The notes under the pieces: model-generated
Database searches by the model: none
Seen by the model: the letters and a program-made list of their open reading frames with translations, nothing else
What the model was told of the DNA's origin: nothing
Part shown: one piece after another, positions 1-12,373 of the stretch
Layout: the number at the start of each line of letters is the position of its first letter
How positions within the stretch are numbered: the stretch's first letter is position 1
Position numbers and translations under genes: made by a program
NCBI GenBank assembly: GCA_964016885.1
Contig: OZ024752.1
Location: 26,660,001-26,724,000, forward strand
Length of the DNA stretch: 64,000 nucleotides
Direction of reading: 5' to 3'
Source: Eledone cirrhosa
Taxonomy: Eukaryota

Positions 1-1650
1 TCCATTAAACAGCTGGACCAATATATTGTGACTGCACGGGAGTGAGGAAAGCTAGAAATTTGGCACCCTGTCTCTATCAGGAGATTTCCATTTATGAGAT
101 TTATTGAGTGCTGTCCTTAAGTTCGCTATAGAGGTGTCTTCCCACGCCTGTTCTTCTAAATTTGTGTAGGAATTTTCCAGGCGACTTATCCAATCTACAT
201 TATTATTATATGTCTTCGCATCACTCCAAATCTTACTCCAGAAGTTTTCAACTTCTTCTATATAATAATAATTTTTTTCCCTACTTCTCTATAAAATGAC
301 TTGGCATTGGATGAGAACAACTTATTTTGCCTGTAGAAGTTGTTTCGCCTCTCGAATCTACGAATTCTTTGGGCTTTTACTTATTTTGCCTGTAGAAGTT
401 GTTTCGCTTCTCGAATCTACGAATTCTTTGGGCTTTTACTTGGACTTTTTGATTCAGAGATTCTTTTGTTGAAACTATTGCTTCTCTAGAAGACAGTCCA
501 TATTTTCTCTTTAGCTTTCTTACCTTCTTGAATCTTATATCATTTCCAGCGGTTAACTCACTCAATAAAGACATTTCTCCTCTCATTACGCCAATCTTCT
601 TTTCGATTCTACTCCTCCAAATTGCTTTACCTCGAAGGTTCGACTTTTTTTGTTTTTTTTCGTGGTAAACAACTTGTTTCAATTACTCTAGCAGATGCAT
701 AAATGATTTCATTTAGTTCAGTAAGATCAGGTTCTAGTTCTTCTATGATTTGTTTTGTCAGAATTACCAATCGTATTTGTTTTCTATTTTGGATTGTATT
801 TGGGAGTGTTTGAAGTGGTTCTCTATTATTTATACTAGAATGTCTTACTACTACAAGCTCATTCTGTATTTTTTTCTTTAATTCCTTCATAGTCTCCCTG
901 TGTTCTTCAACAGATGTTTGGTTTTCAATTACTGTTTCTAAGTCCCTCTCCTGGCTATTTTCAGCGGGTTCAATAGGGCTTCTCATTTCTACAAACCTAT
1001 TTGTGATTTGGACAGATGGAGGTCTTTCAGTAAAGACTTGTGACTGGTTACTATCTCCAGGAGATTCTTCAGTTGTTTCATCATTTATATTTATGCCATT
1101 CTCCACAGCCTGCTTGATCGCAGTTAGTTCAGTGTCTGTGAGTCTATTATTTCTGAAGATACACCTCCTTACATTTGCCAACTTATTTACATCCATATCA
1201 CGTCTCCTAGCTTGATTCCGAGTTTTCCAGATTGTGTAGGAGTTTAAAGTGTGTCTGTGTTGTGATGGCTTACCTAATGCATAGTAATATGCATATATTA
1301 CTTCTTTATACTCTTCTCGGGTCCATTTCATCCTTTTAGGTTTTTCTTTTTGAGGTGGTTTGGGTGGTGGATCTGGAGGGCTCGAATTGGGGCAATCACC
1401 GATCAAGTGACCATCCAGGTCCATAATTGGAGAAGAGTTTGTGCCAGAGGAGGACTTTTCGATCTCAGGTTGGCACCTTCCTGTGGGACGCGCTTCCTGA
1501 TTAACCATAGGAAAAGCGATTTGGTATTGTGTATTAATTTTTATTTGTTCATCTCGCAGTACATGCTTGCGTTACGCATGGTATTGGACGTACATGGAAA
1601 GTTGCTCGGCTCTTTGGGTAGTGCATTTGCTGGCTGGCATTGAGATCATT
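1..1650 (-). mobile_element. 5' part of an R4/Dong-like (RLE-class) non-LTR retrotransposon, frameshifted, continues off the left edge
   Basis: ORFs 627..1508 and 377..682 carry N-terminal motifs typical of R4/Dong ORFs (RMKWTREEYKEVIYAYY, KLANVRRCIFRNNRLTDTEL, WRSRIEKKI, RIRRFEKR..FYRQNK). Downstream the reading continues FWSKIWS...KWKSP. The 5' end abuts a short TAA-like tract near 1647-1662. Confidence 0.7.
321..438. repeat. 59-bp tandem duplication inside the R4/Dong-like ORF
   Basis: cttattttgcctgtagaagttgtttcg...gggctttta occurs at 321-379 and again at 380-438; 59 is not a multiple of 3, so it shifts the frame. Confidence 0.9.
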
Positions 1651-1664
1651 ATTACTATTATAAC

Positions 1665-1855
1665 AGGCGGTGAATTGGCAGTATCGGTAGAGGGTCGGAC
1701 GCCATGCTTTGACGCATAGAGTTACGGCCCTTGCCATTCTGAGTTAAAATCCCGCCGAGGTTAACTTTGCCTTTCATCCTTACGGGGTCGATAAAATAAA
1801 GTAGCAGTAAGGTACTGGGTAATTGCTGGCCCTGTGCCAAAAAGTAGAAACAATT
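1665..1855 (+). mobile_element. tRNA-derived SINE, family A
   Basis: Head tggcagtatcggtaga...gagttaaaatccc with A/B-box-like motifs, core gccgaggttaactttgcctttcatccttacggggtcgataaaataaagta, tail gtagaaacaattatt; about ten copies in the window. Confidence 0.85.
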
Positions 1856-2289
1856 ATTACTATTATAACAGTATAGTTATGGTCATTGCTGTTGTTGATT
1901 GAGGTGATATTGTTATGGTTGCAGTTGTAAGAGGTGTACGAGAATTTTCTCAACTGTTCTTGTGGTGGTGGCAGGGAGATTAATGCTGGGGGTGGTGGTG
2001 GTGGGTAGGGTGACATTGTAGCTTATAGGGGTTCCTCCTCCGGTGTTATTTTCCATCTATTTTGAGTTTGAGGTGTAAATGGGGGGGGGGGGGGTTAGTA
2101 TTTTTTTTTCCTTCCCCTTTGTTTTGTCGTTTGTGTGGGCTCCATACACATACATAAATATACATTCACACGTGCATATTTATACACACGTATGTATATA
2201 CACACACATATATATATATACCCACACATTAGACACTGAAAAGGGAGCTAGGTAGCAGTCAGTGACAGTAGTCTTAAAATAGATTGGGA

Positions 2290-2500
2290 ATTTACTGGTG
2301 TGAATAGTATATATAGAGTAATGTAAATGCTATGTGAGATGTAACGATGAAAGAATGGTATTTAACTAATGTATTGGTACGCGATGGGGCCCACCGACAG
2401 CCCCGGCGGACAGAATGGAGAAGGCGTTTCCTCGGAGGACGGCAAAGGAGACGCGCTGGAAAAGCCACTCCAACTCGCGGGGCTCACACCTGCATGTGGT
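2290..2500 (-). mobile_element. 3' fragment of a CRE-clade non-LTR retrotransposon
   Basis: Minus strand reads EPRELEWLFQRVSFAVLRGNAFSILS, resembling the QR.S.A..RGNA..IL C-terminus of CRE-type restriction-like endonuclease ORFs. Confidence 0.6.
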
Positions 2501-2734
2501 GGAGGGAGAGAGAAGTGTCTTTCAACTGTCTATTTTCCTTTCAAAATCTGAAATTTAGCCACAATCGATCAGAAAGTAGAAAAAAGAAAATTGTATTGGG
2601 GAAATATTTAAAAATATATATGCACCTTTCACATCTTCAGCCACAGAGATGATTGAATAATAATTAGTCGGAATTTTGATTAAACAGAAATTATCCCCCG
2701 AAATAAACAGTGTGTTTTCCGTTTCTTTTCTTCA

Positions 2735-2922
2735 AATAATTGTTTCTACTTTTAGCACAAGGCCAGCAAATACCCAGTACATAATTGGTAATTTATTTTA
2801 TTGACCCCGTAAGGATGAAAGGCAAAGTTGACCTCGGCGGGATTTGAACTCAGAATGGAAAAGGCCGTAACTCTATGCGTCAAAGCATGACGTCCGACAC
2901 TCTACCAATACTGCCAATCCAC
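2735..2922 (-). mobile_element. SINE family A copy
   Basis: Reverse complement of the 1665-1855 element (gaccccgtaaggatgaaaggcaaagttgacctcggcgggatttgaactcag). Confidence 0.85.
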
Positions 2923-3008
2923 ACAGCGATTGCAATGGGTAAATATATAAAAATATTTATGCAGTTCTCACAACTAGTGTCAGATTATTTGTAGAGATAA
3001 GTGGTGAA

Positions 3009-3187
3009 ATAATTGTTTCTACTTTTGGTACAAGGCCAGCAATTATCCCAGTGTATTACTGGCACTTTATTTTATCGACACCGTAAGGATGAAAGGCAAA
3101 GTTGACTACGACAGGAATTGAACTCAGACCATAAAGGGCCATAACTCTTTGCTGCAAAGCATGGCATCCGACCCTCTAACGATAATG
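3009..3187 (-). mobile_element. SINE family A copy
   Basis: Same core (tttatcgacaccgtaaggatgaaaggcaaagttgac) in reverse orientation. Confidence 0.8.
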
Positions 3188-3442
3188 TTGTCGAATTTTC
3201 GTGTTAGGGAATACCAAATTAAACAAAACTTACTCCTCGAAGTAAGCACGTGTGCCATCCGATCTACGACTGTTTCTCTTCAAATAGATTTTTCTTTAAG
3301 TTCAAAGAGCGAACGTCTGTATATCTACATATTTGTTTTGTGTACATTTTTCGTTGTGTTTATAATACATGTATATGTAATATAATCAATAGAGTTTGTT
3401 ACTTACATATATCGTTTTTCTTTTTTTTTTTAATTTAAAATT

Positions 3443-5888
3443 AGAGCAGAGGAAGAAGTAGTTAGAAAATTAGACGAGGTGCTTAGTAAATGCATCGCGA
3501 CCGACGTACTTGCGGCGAAATTGACCCTTGACCAATTCTTCAATGCAAAGCACGAAGGCTGCGTTGTCAGAGCTAGGGTGCGTGCTCTCAGACACGAGAG
3601 GACGAAAGTCGTTCAATGGGCCCAAGTGGCGGAGGCGCGTCGTGGCAATAAAGCCACGATCCGGTCTTTGGTGGACCACGACGGGCGCATGCTACTCGAT
3701 CCTTGGAAAATGTGTGAAGCTTTTCAGCGACACTTCGCTCAGCTGTTCGAGGGTAGCGGCGGGCCGGATCGAGGCGGAGTGTTGCGAAAAGCCGATAACA
3801 GCCGCTGAAGTACGGGAGGCAATGACTGGCTGCACAAGGGGTAAATCGCCTGGTTTGGATGGTCTGCCCTATGAACTTTACGTACAGATGCCAGACTTGT
3901 TCGGAGGCCTCTTGGCGGACGTCTACTGCAGATGGCAACAGAACGGGAGAATTTCCAGCTCTGTGAGCCGAGGAGCTGTGGCGCTGCTGAGAAAGGATCC
4001 GAATAAGGGGGATAACATAGATAATTTCAGGCCCATAACTCTGCTAAACACAGAGTTCAAGATTTTGGCCAAGGTGCTAGCAAAGAGGTTGGCGCTTGTC
4101 GTTGGTGGTCTGGTGGGAGAGGCGCAGACATGCGCCATTCCCGACAGATCCATCCACGACAACCTCCACCTCATGCGATACATCGTAGAGAGGGTAGCTA
4201 GGGAACCTGGCACGGGTGGGTCCTTGATCAATTTAGATCAGTCGAAAGCTTTCGATAGGGTCGACCATCGTTACATAATGGCAGTCCTGAGGGCGGCTGG
4301 CTTTGGGCCCGCCTTCAGAGGCTGGATCGCTGCCATGCACAGCGATATCTGTTCTGTGGTGAGAGTGAACGGTCACCTTACGGAACCGTGCAGCTCGGCA
4401 CCTGGAGAAGCAGGTCCATGCCGTCCAACAGCGTTGCCGGGCGCTGGACGGACGGACCGGTTAAATTGCTAGGGGTCTGGTTCGGTCCGGATCTCCAGAC
4501 GGACAAAAGCTGGGACAAGGTGACGATCAGGGTGGCTTCTCTCACCCAGAAATGGGCGGAGAGGAAGCTATCCCTGAAAGGTCGAGCGGAGGTGGCTAAC
4601 GCGTATATCGCGTCCGTCATCTACTACCGCCTGACTGTCGTACCTTGTCCTAAGCCCCACCTGACTGCGCTGGAGCGTTTGCTCTTTCGCTTTTTGTGGA
4701 AGGGACGCGCCCCGATGGTCAGGCGGTCCATCTGCTGTCAACACCCGCTACGTGGAGGGCTGGGCATGCCGTGGCTGATGATGCGCAGACACGCGCTCAG
4801 GTTACGACATCTCCACCTCTTCCTCGACGGTGATCAGGTGTGGTCGCCGTTTGCTAGACGCGTCTTTCCCCAGCTCGTCTCCTTGACGGAGCTGCAGTCC
4901 TGGGTCAAGCGAAGACCGACAAGGAGCGCTTGGAGACTGGAATGTCTTCAGGCGCTCACAGCCCTCAACCAATCGGGCAATGTGATAGGTGGAAACTCCA
5001 CCTTGGCGTTCTATAGAGGATTAGTGGAGGGGAAGAGCGACGACGTACTTGAGGAAACTCTAGGCGTCGACGAAAATCAACTAGCCAATCTCTTCGGAAG
5101 AACTTTCGGGCCGGGGCCTATGGACAACTTCCAGAAATCCCTGGCCTGGCAGTGCTACCGAGGAGCTTTGCCAGTACGGAATAAACTCTACAGGCATGGA
5201 GGTGCCGTCAGCCGGGCATGTCCGAGATGCGCACAGGGCGATGAAACCGTCCTGCACGCACTCGTCCAGTGTCCGGAAATTGCTGACTTGTGGGTTTATG
5301 TCGAACACCTGCTGTCGCGTGTAGGACGGATCCAGCTATCAGCTGAGTCCATCGTGAGGATTTCCCCGCCTTCTTCCTTTAGCCGGGAAGGGCAGGCAGT
5401 TTTTATCTGTCTTGTAGCCATGGCGAAAGAGATAGTATGGTGGACACGTCTGAAAGGGCTGAAGACGAGCACTTACCTCTTCGGTGATGCCCTGATTAAC
5501 TTTTTCAAATTTCATTTGAAAAGGAAAATCAGGGTAGAGAGGGAAGTGCTCTCTTCCCAGCATGTTGTTGAAAGATGGGTGAGAGAGGCAAGAATGACCC
5601 GAGTGAATGGGCCTACTCTTAGTATGTGTCTGTAAATTAAAGGTCGAAAACTGGGATAGGGCACTTGCCCTGGTGGTCAAGGTCACTGTGGCTTTTTAAT
5701 GGGCTTTCTCTACGAATGTCCCTCGGAAGTCTTCCCCGTATTGGGGAATTTTTCATTGTTATTTTTTTGTTACATCCTCTGTTTTTGTGTTTTTACACGC
5801 AGAAATGCCCATTTGTACCGTCCTGTATTGTCCTGTACTATCCTTAATGTCTACTTTATGTAAACCCTTGTGGTTAATAAAGAAAGCA
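3443..5888 (+). mobile_element. 5'-truncated, internally deleted Tx1/L1-clade LINE (RT plus C-terminal zinc knuckle)
   Basis: GC-rich island with KSPGLDGLPYE, NFRPITLLNTEFKILAKVLAKRL, LDQSKAFDRVDH, WAERKLSLKGRA, GGLGMP and CPRC..GDETVLHALVQC. The QGCPLSP and YADD segments are missing (deletion near 4390). Ends in AATAAA followed by (ATT)n. Confidence 0.9.
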
Positions 5889-5978
5889 TTATTATTATTA
5901 TTATTATTATTATATTAATACGTTTCATTTCAAAATATAGTTATGAATGTTACTCTAGTATAAATGAAAGATACTCAC

Positions 5979-5990
5979 AAGTAGGCATAG
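5979..5990 (-). CDS. Candidate 12-nt micro-exon of the ITIH-like gene
   Basis: tatttttcag|CTATGCCTACTT|gtgagt on the minus strand; phase 1-1, open (P-M-P-T). Confidence 0.4.
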
Positions 5991-6438
5991 CTGAAAAATA
6001 TAAGTATAATATATGTATTATAATTCATGAAAATACACATTCTTTCTTTTGTTTATTTATAATACGTCTATAAAAATAATTTTGTCCATATTCCCACTGA
6101 TCATATTATGTCGCTTTCGAGAATTCTGGCATATAACTATATTTATACGAATATATTTGGAATTATAATTTACAAATTATTTAGATATTAGACGCTGATG
6201 AAATCTCCAGAAAGCAAAAGAAAAATTAAAACAAACAAACGAATATTAAGTATATTATATCAGTATTATTTGAATAATACACTTGAGAATTTAACAATTT
6301 TTAATCTAATTTTAATATTTGAAGATATAAAATATTCTAGAGTATAATGGAGATTTATATAAAAATCCTGATTACTAAAAACATAGAATCTATTCAGATA
6401 TTTATAGAGAAGTAGAATTATGAAGTACTTCTACTTAC

Positions 6439-6453
6439 GATATGCTACCGCGT
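6439..6453 (-). CDS. Candidate 15-nt micro-exon of the ITIH-like gene
   Basis: ctttcttcgtttttcttctttttcag|ACGCGGTAGCATATC|gtaagt; phase 1-1, open (Y-A-V-A-Y). Confidence 0.5.
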
Positions 6454-6870
6454 CTGAAAAAGAAGAAAAACGAAGAAAGTAAAAAAATTGAATTAATTGA
6501 AGCACGTGTTCTTTATTAGCATGGTTAGAGCATTTAGAAAAATATTTATCGGATCAAGAAATATTCTTATCGGAAAAGTGGGTTCTGGTTTCTGTCTCCA
6601 AGTTTGTGTAAGTATAAATATACACATACATATCCTCTTAGCTTCGTACGGACGCATGAAACCCCCCCCCCCCCCCACACACATACAGGTATAGCTGTTT
6701 ATACAAAACGATTTCTTTTCCATTTAAGGTAGACACGCTCCATCATCCACTTTTCTAAAAAAAATATATCATACACAAAACTCCAGCATCAACAGTTTTC
6801 CAAGAGATGTCACCATGAATGAGCCTATTATTTTTCTCTAAAAATATTTTTTTCCAATTACACCTCGCCC

Positions 6871-6898
<28 letters not shown>

Positions 6899-6901
<3 letters not shown>

Positions 6902-8152
6902 AAAGAACACAAGAGCGTCTACAACATCAACAACATTTTTATTGGCTTACAAAGTTTCTTCCTTACGTAAACGTAGGTTTCTTCAGAGCTATAAAAGGGA
7001 TTTGATTGGTGTTATGGACTCTACCAACCAAACATTCAAGAACAAAGAGTAAAGAGAGTAAAGAGCAAAAGCAGGGGAAAATAACTCTAATTTTGGTGCG
7101 GGGGGGGGGGGGGGTCCTTGTTTACTAGCTGTGGTCATATTCGTTCCCGGGAGTCGAATGGTTAGTGGAGCCATAGATGGGGTGGCATCGATAGTAGGGT
7201 GCAGAGGGTGTGCAGAGGCTACACACAAACAAAGGGAGTATAATATATATATAACGGAGGAGAAAGTACATGAGGTAATTAGAAATGGAATAAGAATAAT
7301 AATAATCTATAGTTAATAATGACCGCACAGATAAGCGATAGACTATGCCATATGGGTTGAACTTGCAAGTGAATTGAAGGATGTGTAACTCTGATATACA
7401 GATTATTTATTATTAAAATGTATAAACTTGACATAACTATTATCATCTCATATTCTCTCAACTAATCACATTATGATCATATTTCTCTCACCCATTTTCT
7501 CCCCCCATATTTATAATATTTTTATTTAACAAAATCTGTTTTTTTACATTGTGTTTTTCCCTTTCTAATACGTGCTTATATTTTTTATATATTCTCTATA
7601 TATTTTTTTATATATATATATATTTTTTATTCTTATTTTCATTTTTATCCTCCTTTATATTTTATCTTATTCTTACTTTTATACCTTATTATAGTGTAAT
7701 CTTCCCTATGCCTTATTATACATTATTAACTATAAATTATTATTATTCTTATTCCATTTCTTGTACTTTCTTGTACTCTTACACCTCATGTACTTTCTCC
7801 TCCGTTATATATATATTATATGCCCTTTGTGTTTGTGTAGCCTCTGCACACCCTCTGCACCCTACTATCGATGCCACCCCATCTATGGCTCCGCTAACCA
7901 CTCGACTCCCGGGAACGAATATGACCACAGCTAGTAAACAAGGACCCCACCCTCCCGCACCAAAATTAGAGTTATTGTCCCCTGCTTTTGCTCTTTACTC
8001 TCTTTGTTCTTGAATGTGTGGTTGGTGGAGTCCATAACACCAATCAAACCCCTTTTATAGCTCTGAAGAACTCTACGGTTACGTAAGGAAGAAAAATTGT
8101 AAGCCAATAAAAAAAAATGTTTGATGTTGTAGACGCTCTTGTGTTCTTTATC
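6899..8152. mobile_element. Penelope-like remnant: ~420-bp inverted arms (6899-7322 / ~7721-8152), each with a hammerhead motif
   Basis: The arms are reverse complements. The spacer starts with TMPYGLNLQVN* (7342-7377, +), resembling the P.GLN end of Penelope GIY-YIG ORFs. A third copy lies at 31660-32003. Confidence 0.7.
6937..6996 (-). ncRNA. Minimal type I hammerhead ribozyme motif
   Basis: ttttata-gct CTGAAGA aa cctacgt-tt-acgtaagg aa GAAA c-ttt-g TA agc-caataaaa. The partner copy at 8053-8112 (+) is more degenerate (GAAA a-att-g TA). Confidence 0.65.
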
Positions 8153-8250
8153 ATATATACGGCTCTGCTCCAAAGCATAGAGGTAATTATTATGCTGCCA
8201 ATACCTTAATGGGACACGGGTATACAATACCTAACTCCTATTAACCTAAG

Positions 8251-8301
<51 letters not shown>

Positions 8302-8340
8302 TGTTATAAAATGGATATGTACGCATAAACCCATTTCTCT

Positions 8341-8394
<54 letters not shown>

Positions 8395-8611
8395 ATATAT
8401 ATATTATATATAACTTAAATAATCAGAGCAAAATACTATAGAGTAAAGCATTGGGCGATATTGGGCTGCGCTTTCTAGCAACCAACCCACTCGCCGTACG
8501 CAACCAATCACACTCTTTCTGACTTGACCACCCCCACGTCACAGTTCTCAACCATTTTGAATTCGTGTTTGGCGGGGGCCACTTCAGAAAATAATCTGTC
8601 CTAGCGAATTT

Positions 8612-8690
8612 GTCCCCTGAAAAGCTCTAAACTCGAGATTACTCCTTAATAGGATATCTCAAAATGAGAGCGAAACCCTTGGGTCGGGAT
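8612..8690 (+). ncRNA. Hammerhead-like motif with long stem II and non-canonical core (CUGAAAA)
   Basis: gtccc CTGAAAA gctct...agagc GAAA ccc-tt-ggg TC gggat. It lies inside an island bounded by inverted repeats (8308-8451 / 8970-9062). Confidence 0.55.
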
Positions 8691-9235
8691 TTAGTGATTT
8701 AATCCTGGTATGTATATAAGCATTTCTAACTTTAATTTGTACCTAACTGTGTATGGTTGACCGTATATTTAATTAATTTCCACGTGCTGTTGAAATGTTG
8801 GGTAAACATTCTATAGCGTTTGGCCGCGAAGACGCTGCTGTAGTGTATTTATTTACTATTTCTTCATAGGTGCCTTTTATTCTTATAGCCTGGTCTAATT
8901 GATTTTTTGTGTGGTTAATTATGCTAATTGGGAGTACAAATGATGTTTATTATCAAATAAGTCTCTGGACATGCTTTACTCTATAGTATATATATATTAA
9001 TATATATATATATACATATATATATATAAGAGAGATAGGTTTATGCGTACATATCCATTTATATATATATATATGTAAGAGAGAGATGCCTTTATGTGTA
9101 CATATTCATTTTATTACATAATTCAACGATGTCAGAGTGCTTATATAATAACGCCCAGGCATGTTTTCATCAGATGGTATGAGATGTATTTTACTATCTA
9201 TTTATATGTTACAGGTTTCACGAAGTGTTCAACTG

Positions 9236-9269
<34 letters not shown>

Positions 9270-9273
<4 letters not shown>

Positions 9274-9795
9274 CGGGGTTGGACCCTATTCTCAAATACA
9301 AAACGAAAACGATGCGTTCTTCACCAATTAGGCCGAGTGTGTTGATTGCGCATGCGAAGAGCAAACATAAAAGCTCCTCTGCCCTCTGAGAAAAATCAGG
9401 GTGGAGAGGCAAGTTTGTTGAAAGGTGGGTGAATGTAGCGAGAATGATCCGAGTGAACGGGATTGTTCTGAATATACGCCTGTAGTTTGAGAAATGGAAA
9501 AATTGAGAGAGGGCGCTTGCCCTGGTGGTCAGGGTGGCCGTGGCCTTTTGTGTGGTTTTCGCCACGAGTAACCCTCGGAGGTTTCCCCTCTATCGGGGAA
9601 TTTTTCATTGTTTCAATTTTCAATTTTATTGTTTATATATATATATATGTTTCTATGTCTTTTTCTTTTTCTTTTCTTATATAAATAATAAACATCTTTA
9701 CACGAACAAAACCCACATCGTACCGTCCTGTACCGTCCTGTGCCGTCTGTAATGTTTTTCTTGATGTCAGCCCTTGTGGCCAATAAAGAAATTTC
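9270..9795 (+). mobile_element. Short 3' fragment of the Tx1/L1 family
   Basis: Homologous to 5520-5885 (aaaatcagggtggagagg...ttgccctggtggtcagggt...ggggaatttttcattgtt...cccttgtggccaataaagaaa). Confidence 0.8.
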
Positions 9796-9906
9796 GTCTT
9801 TGAAATATTTTCAGGCGATAAATACTCTGTGTCAACCGTACAATATGATATGATCGGTGAATATAAAATCATCATTTTAAACAATAATAAACTAGCAAAT
9901 ACTTAC

Positions 9907-9930
9907 ATGGCGGTGTTGTGGATGGTATAT
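9907..9930 (-). CDS. Candidate 24-nt micro-exon of the ITIH-like gene
   Basis: gtatttcttttctattgcag|ATATACCATCCACAACACCGCCAT|gtaagt; phase 1-1, open (D-I-P-S-T-T-P-P), compatible with the preceding exon. Confidence 0.55.
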
Positions 9931-10411
9931 CTGCAATAGAAAAGAAATACATTAGTGACATAATTAATTAGTAATCTTAGTAATCTCAATATGAAATGTG
10001 CTTTATGAAATATGGAAATATAATGAAAAATGCCCATTTATGAGTAATTTAGTGTATCAGTTTTATAGAAACGAAGCAAACATATACCTCTTGGCAATAC
10101 TCCTAGAATATGTCGAAGACCTACCACAGCCTGAAAGTTTGGTCGGCTGTGCTACATCCTGGATGAAAACCACTCTATTAATCAGTTAGCTTGAACTCCA
10201 CATATCCCTACATTCCTTTGCCTGACAATGAGCACAGATTTTACCGGGTGGGTTAACATGTAGTATGGATTAATATATGAATGGTGGTTTCTTGGGGACG
10301 TCACAGTGAAATACAGCTCTTCTTTGGCATTTTTTCATCCCAGCGTAACCCATCTTCTCACCAGGTACGAACATGGCCGATTTCTTCCAGATAAGAAAAT
10401 AGAAGAAGAAG

Positions 10412-10439
10412 AAAGAGAGAGAGAGAGAGAGAGAGAGGG

Positions 10440-10505
<66 letters not shown>
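10412..10505. repeat. (GA)n microsatellite
   Basis: Direct reading. Confidence 0.95.
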
Positions 10506-10518
<13 letters not shown>

Positions 10519-10549
10519 ATATAAAGGAACTGAGTAAGAGATAGAGAGG

Positions 10550-10836
10550 AAGAATCGATCCCACTATTTGACTGATTTCAACTTTTTTCAACATCAATAG
10601 GATGAAAGGCAAAGTTCACCTCTGCGGAATTTGAACTGAGAACGTGGAGTCGGAAGTGAAGAAGAGGTATAAAGGAAGAATTGACACCAGTATTTGACTG
10701 GTACTTTTTTTATTGACCTTGAATGGATGAAAGGTAAAGTTGAGCTTGGCGGAATTTGAACACAGAGAGCAGAAGGATGGAACGATTACCGCAAAGCATT
10801 CTGTCTGAAGTTCTAACGACTCTGCCAATTCAGCGC
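10550..10836 (-). mobile_element. Two adjacent diverged SINE family A copies
   Basis: ggatgaaaggcaaagttcacctctgcggaatttgaact and ggatgaaaggtaaagttgagcttggcggaatttgaac. Confidence 0.65.
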
Positions 10837-10991
10837 CTATGCTACACGATATATGAAACATTTGGGATTGCAAAGCAGACCCGAATATCTGACGTCGAAC
10901 TGAAAAGCTACACAGAATATATAAACGTTTCATGGCATAAAAAAGCATAAATTCATTTTAACAAGATATTCCTGATAAAAAATTTAATTAC

Positions 10992-11064
10992 CTTCTTCAA
11001 AAAGCTCCTCTTTAGTATAGGTAGTGGTGACAACCATTGATGTTAATGCAGTTACAAAATTATA
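10992..11064 (-). CDS. ITIH-like gene exon (YNFVTALTSMVVT motif)
   Basis: ttctttattgtgacag|TAT AAT TTT GTA ACT GCA TTA ACA TCA ATG GTT GTC...G|gtaatt. Matches the conserved Y.FVT.LTSMVV motif that follows LELAL in ITIH proteins; phase 0 start fits the previous exon. Confidence 0.85.
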
Positions 11065-12166
11065 CTGTCACAATAAAGAACATTACATTTTAGTATAAGA
11101 AAACTATTTAAAAATAAGTTAGAACAATGGATAAATATGCTTCACATACTTTGAACTACGAATCATCAACTTTATATTTTTATTTTCATATGCTTGTACA
11201 ATATAAAACATTCAAAACTGCGAAAGATCGTTAAGATCGTAGAACGACTGACGGATACTTTCCCTGTTAACATCATCTATCTTTGTTACAAATTCATAAA
11301 TTATATCTGACATTGCTTATTGTTTCTCAGTTAAACAAATAGCAGTAATATATTGGGGTCACTAAATAAATTATTAAATAGGCTTAACTATGGAATAACA
11401 TATAAATGTTTCTTTCATCAATATTAATGTTTGATTTATCTGGACATTTCATCACGTTCTTGAATAAGTTCTGGTAGATATATAAACTTTCCAAGGAAGG
11501 TTGAATTAAAAGACCTTATTAGCTAAAAAGAAACTATTATCTAAATCTACTCGAATCCATAATAGACCTTTACTAATATCCCTAATCTGAAATATAGAAA
11601 TACCATGTTGTGAAGAGGAATTAAATCAACATGACTTAATGTGCAGGCAGGTAGGTAAGCTTAATGGGGAATTTTCAAGTATGAATTTAAAAATGAAAAT
11701 CACAGCATATAAACTATGATATTAACATATATAAATGTGATAGAACTGTGGGCAATTTAAGAATTAAAGAAACATTGCTCATACATAGACTCAACCCCCA
11801 AATAAATAATAGATTAGAACACAATACTTAACACACAATACTTAACATAAAAAGACACTTCCAGAGGTTCACAAACTAAACATCTCATACAAAAGAAAAT
11901 TGATTCTATTGGCAATAGACGTTATTCTCGTGAAGAGCAAAATAATCATAAAAAAACGCTTGAAATAGACTTTAAGGGCGTACCTCTATGCTGCAAAGCA
12001 TGGTGGCCGACCAGGATGGCGGAAAGGTAAAGTTGGCCTCACCGGAATTTAAACTCAGAAAGTAGTAAGTTGTTACTAAATACTGCACAACCTTTTGTTC
12101 GGCGTCCTTCCGATACTGCAAATCAACCGTCCTGAAATATATAGGTATATGATAATACATTTCATT

Positions 12167-12354
12167 GTGGATTGGCAATATCGGTAGACAGTCGAAGGCC
12201 ATGCTTTGACGCATAGAGTTATGGCCCTTGCCATTCTGAGTTCAAATCCCGCCGAGGTTAACTTTGCTTTTCATCCTTATGGGGTCGATAAAATAAAGTA
12301 CCAGTAATTCACTGGTTAATTGCTGGCCTTGTGCCAAAAAGTAGAAACAATTAT
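12167..12354 (+). mobile_element. SINE family A copy
   Basis: Full head, core and tail; ends about 20 bp from the exon donor at 12373. Confidence 0.85.
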
Positions 12355-12373
12355 AGTTTTAATTTCTACTCAC

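Noticed and set aside
1780-2060. Proline-rich ORF as a possible ITIH exon
   Set aside because: Low-complexity (CCA)n with no convincing phase-compatible acceptor.
3235-3316. Possible further or terminal ITIH exon
   Set aside because: A GTAAGT donor is present but the acceptors are weak and no ITIH motif supports either frame.
6190-6220. CTGATGA...GAAA motif (similar at 2615-2645 and 34895-34930)
   Set aside because: Stems I-III cannot be formed convincingly, so these were treated as chance matches.
10088-10130. Possible 43-nt exon (ttcag...gtatat)
   Set aside because: Weak donor and it would break the reading phase.
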